Source of the DNA: Promethearchaeota archaeon
Lineage (GTDB): Archaea; Asgardarchaeota; Lokiarchaeia; Sigyniarchaeales; SOKP01
Direction of reading: 5' to 3'
NCBI GenBank assembly: GCA_008080735.1
Contig: SHMW01000006.1
Location: 1 to 64,000 of the forward strand
Length of the DNA stretch: 64,000 nt
The notes below the pieces were generated by a model that saw only the letters and a program-made list of their open reading frames with translations, had not been told where the DNA came from and did no database searches. Position numbers and translations under genes: made by a program. Below, one piece after another: positions 61,002 to 64,000 of this stretch (position 1 is the stretch's first letter; every line of letters starts with the position of its first letter).

Positions 61002-62258
61002 ATGAACTCAGAAAATTCCATCCTTGATACCGATAAACTTAGCATTTTAGAAGAAGGTCAAGCTAAATTCTATCTCTTTAATAAGGATTTGAGTTCTATT
61101 CCCACAAAATCTATGGAAGTGTTTTATAATAAGGGGATGGAAATAAATCGAGATATAACATGTTTAGCGGTTGAGACCTACAGTGATTATTATAATAAAA
61201 AAAAATTAATTGTTATTGATTCCATGGCGGGCTCTGGAATTGGATCGATTAGAATACTGAAAGAATGCAAAAATATTGAGAAAATATATATAAACGATAT
61301 TAATCCCACGGCAAAGCAATTGATTATTAAAAATCTCAGATTAAATGGTATGGAAAATAATCGTATCAAAATAAAAGTATCACGAAAAGATGCAAATTAC
61401 CTTTTAAGTGAAATAACCAATAAATATTTAACAAACAACCTTACCGTAGCAAAAAAACCAAATATTATTTCTATTGATCCATTTGGAACCCCAAATCTCT
61501 ATATTGATACCGCATTTAAGGCTATTCAAAAAAAAGGAGGGTTTTTATGCATAACTGCGACCGATACAGCAGTTCTATTTGGGGTCAAACCAAAAGCATG
61601 TCTTAGAAAATATATGGCAAAACCACTTCATAATGAATTTTGTAAGGAAATAGGTGCTCGAATTTTACTGTATTTTCTCTCACGAATAGCAAATATAAAT
61701 GGATTAGGAATTACTCCGTTGTTGACATTTTATCATCGTCACTTTATCAGGATATTCTTAATAACATTCCCAGAAAAAAAGAAAGTGGCAAATCAAATAG
61801 CTTTTTATAAATTTCTTATTTATTGTAAAAAATGTGGACATAGATTTATCGTACAGAACTCTCCCCTGCAGGATAAATTGAAGTGTAGTCTCTGTGGAGA
61901 AAAAACTCATTTGGATTATGCTGGCCCTTTATGGACGGGAAAGATTCATGATGAGAATTTTATTAACAAACTAAAAGAATACAATGCAATGAGTGCTCTG
62001 AATAATAGAAAGAAATTAGCACGCATATTAGAATATTGCGCCCAAGAATTGACCACGCCCATCTCATATTATAATATTCATGAAATCTGTAAAGTGATTA
62101 ATTCTAATACTATACCAAAAATGGAAACCATCATAGAAACGATAAGGAAAGAAGGATACAGGGCTTCTCGAACACATTTTGATTTCACATCAATTAAAAC
62201 AGACATGGATATTGATTCTTTAAAAATTATACTTTTACGACTTGAAAAGGAGGTGTAG
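61002..62258 (+). CDS. trm1: tRNA (guanine26-N2)-dimethyltransferase
   Basis: VFYN..NRD, DSMAGSGIGSIR, IDPFGTP, TATDTAVL, GPLWTG, SRTHF. Confidence 0.94.
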   Translation: MNSENSILDTDKLSILEEGQAKFYLFNKDLSSIPTKSMEVFYNKGMEINRDITCLAVETYSDYYNKKKLIVIDSMAGSGIGSIRILKECKNIEKIYINDINPTAKQLIIKNLRLNGMENNRIKIKVSRKDANYLLSEITNKYLTNNLTVAKKPNIISIDPFGTPNLYIDTAFKAIQKKGGFLCITATDTAVLFGVKPKACLRKYMAKPLHNEFCKEIGARILLYFLSRIANINGLGITPLLTFYHRHFIRIFLITFPEKKKVANQIAFYKFLIYCKKCGHRFIVQNSPLQDKLKCSLCGEKTHLDYAGPLWTGKIHDENFINKLKEYNAMSALNNRKKLARILEYCAQELTTPISYYNIHEICKVINSNTIPKMETIIETIRKEGYRASRTHFDFTSIKTDMDIDSLKIILLRLEKEV

Positions 62259-62261
62259 GTT

Positions 62262-62900
62262 ATGACTTCTGATGAGTCCCATCGACATAAGCGTGATGAA
62301 CACTATAAAAAAGCTAAAAAAGAAGGTTATAGAGCTCGTTCGGCATACAAACTCATAGATATTCAGAATAAATTTAATATTTTTAAGCGCGCATTCTATA
62401 TCTTAGACATCGGATCTGCTCCTGGCTCATGGATTCAAGTTGCAAAAAAATATGCTGAAGAAAATACCGAAAAGTATAATGACAGATATTATCATCGAGA
62501 TGAATTTAAGATCCTTGGTGTGGATATTAATAGAGTGTCGCCGATTGAGAATGTGGAAACAGTCAAAATGGATGCGACCAAGCCCGAGTTTAAGAAAAAA
62601 ATTGCATCATATTTTGACGATAAATTAGACCTTATATTATCAGATGCGTCAATTAATAAATCGGGCAATAAATTCAGTGACCATATCAAACAAATACGCT
62701 TATGCTATGATATTCTTACTCTGGCAAAAGATTTCTTAAAAAATAAAGGAAATTTAGTGATAAAATGCTTCCAAGGGACCGATTTTAAAGAATTATATGA
62801 TCATTTCAAAAAAGAGTTTCGGGTTGGAAAAGCCTATAAACCGCAAGCATCTAAAAAGAAAAGTAATGAGATTTATCTTATTGGATTGAATAAGAATTAG
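62262..62900 (+). CDS. rlmE: 23S rRNA Um2552 methyltransferase (RlmE/FtsJ)
   Basis: GYRARSAYKL, LDIGSAPGSW, LSDAS, KCFQG, KPQAS..SNEIY. Confidence 0.94.
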   Translation: MTSDESHRHKRDEHYKKAKKEGYRARSAYKLIDIQNKFNIFKRAFYILDIGSAPGSWIQVAKKYAEENTEKYNDRYYHRDEFKILGVDINRVSPIENVETVKMDATKPEFKKKIASYFDDKLDLILSDASINKSGNKFSDHIKQIRLCYDILTLAKDFLKNKGNLVIKCFQGTDFKELYDHFKKEFRVGKAYKPQASKKKSNEIYLIGLNKN

Positions 62901-62902
62901 AT

Positions 62903-63529
62903 TTATTGTTCTTCATATAATTCTTCTTGATATTCTTCAAAATCGACCGTATATTCTTCTCCTTCTAAAGAAATCTTAATCCAATCACTTAGCCAAGGAC
63001 AATAATGAGGATTATAAACATCTGGATTATCATCTGCGCATTGCTCGGTAAACGGACAAATAAAGCAAGGTTGTCTGTTAAATATATCCCATATCCAATC
63101 GGGTCTACTTTTATCAACTTTTTTTTCTTGTACTTTAATACCTTCTCTCTCTTCATCTATTTCTTTTATTGCGAAGATATGTTTACTCCAGCTTGCATCC
63201 ACTAACTCTCTTCTCACCTTAATCCTCGATTGTAATGCTAAAATATCTACAATCTCATCGAGCTTGTTTCGTTCTATATCAAATCTGCTCACTAAGTCAT
63301 TAAAAAAAATCTCCTCTTCCTTATCTATCACATCCAGGACTTGTTTTTCTTGTTTTGTTAAGTTGCGAGTGAGCTCTTTTCTCCGTTCTTCAATCCTTTC
63401 CATCCGCCTTTCCGACGTACTTTTTTCCTCTTCTTGACTCTCCATCCGCTCCTTAACTTTACATTTATGTCTACTTAGATATACAAACCACTTACCACAA
63501 TATGGACATTGTTCCTTCTTTTTACCCAT
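62903..63529 (-). CDS. TFEbeta / RNA polymerase III C34-like protein (winged helix plus Fe-S Cys motif) with an extra N-terminal Zn finger
   Basis: CPYC..HKC; LTKQEKQVLDVI..wHTH-like segment; PCFICPFTEQC..NPHYCPWLSDWI. Confidence 0.7.
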   Translation of the reverse strand: MGKKKEQCPYCGKWFVYLSRHKCKVKERMESQEEEKSTSERRMERIEERRKELTRNLTKQEKQVLDVIDKEEEIFFNDLVSRFDIERNKLDEIVDILALQSRIKVRRELVDASWSKHIFAIKEIDEEREGIKVQEKKVDKSRPDWIWDIFNRQPCFICPFTEQCADDNPDVYNPHYCPWLSDWIKISLEGEEYTVDFEEYQEELYEEQ

Positions 63530-63784
63530 CTGAGAATCTCCTTGATATACTTCTTTCAGCTATCATTTTGAAAGGGATATAAATAGAAGATCATTTCCAT
63601 CTTATCTTTCGGACGGTATATTGTTGTTTTCAAAATGATATCTCAAATTTTAATAATAGAACATCTTATTATATATAATTTTAACTTAACGATCGATCAA
63701 AAATTAATTTTGTGTTTTAAAATCTGAGTTGATAATTTAATACAATTTTAAATAATATAGTGAAACTAGTATATTGAGAAAAGG

Positions 63785-64000
63785 ATGGATCTACCAAGAG
63801 TATTAGGTATCGATAGAAAGCAGATCATAGACCTTAAGAAAAAAAAAGAGAAATATCATAACCGGCAAACTGAAACCAGGATTTCAATTGGTGCAAATAA
63901 TTTTGATCTCATCTTAGGAGGGGGTTTGTGTTCTGGGAATGTTTATCTCGTATTTGGTGATCCACGGACAGGAAAAACTCAACTTTGCCACCAAATCTGC
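63785..64000 (+). CDS. RadA/Rad51-family paralog, 5' part only (runs off the window)
   Basis: Translated by hand: MDLPRVLGID..RISIGANNFDLILGGGLCSGNVYLVFGDPRTGKTQLCHQIC. Confidence 0.85.
   Translation, partial: MDLPRVLGIDRKQIIDLKKKKEKYHNRQTETRISIGANNFDLILGGGLCSGNVYLVFGDPRTGKTQLCHQIC

Noticed and set aside
1-64000. Mobile elements, prophage or defence systems
   Set aside because: No transposase, integrase, terminal inverted repeats, tRNA 3'-end duplication, cas or restriction genes recognised; the MazG here is the small housekeeping type

Overview
AT-rich, gene-dense chromosomal window from an Asgard archaeon, most likely Lokiarchaeia. The assignment rests on eukaryotic-signature-type genes (ribophorin I, roadblock, longin-like, TRAPP/Bet3-V4R-like, expanded LRR proteins) set among archaeal housekeeping genes. 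No CRISPR array, rRNA, transposase, integrase or reverse transcriptase was seen. Main content in order: HDAC-family deacetylase; a 7-gene MoxR/DUF58-vWA membrane and surface operon whose large transglutaminase-like protein has lost its catalytic Cys and His; a cofactor operon lipS2-lpl-lipS1-hotdog thioesterase-fbiB(CofE+nitroreductase)-cofD; LeuRS with a bacterial-type core and archaeal-type tail; two longin-like genes; bacterial-type TPI; a frameshifted LRR gene; orphan hdrC; thioredoxin; a tandem Bet3/V4R-like pair; a penicillin-acylase-family hydrolase; HEAT+LRR protein; roadblock plus a large unknown gene; MAP2; a translocation/N-glycosylation neighbourhood (Sec61beta, ribophorin I, DUF354, AglH/GPT, M48 protease with a probable CTG start, UbiA, PHP, DUF362); tRNA-Gln(UUG) with a 29-nt non-canonical D-loop intron (15/16); class I FBPase, Trm1, RlmE, a TFEbeta/Rpc34-like protein and two RecA-family paralogs. 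All family calls come from motif recognition by eye; no database search was run.
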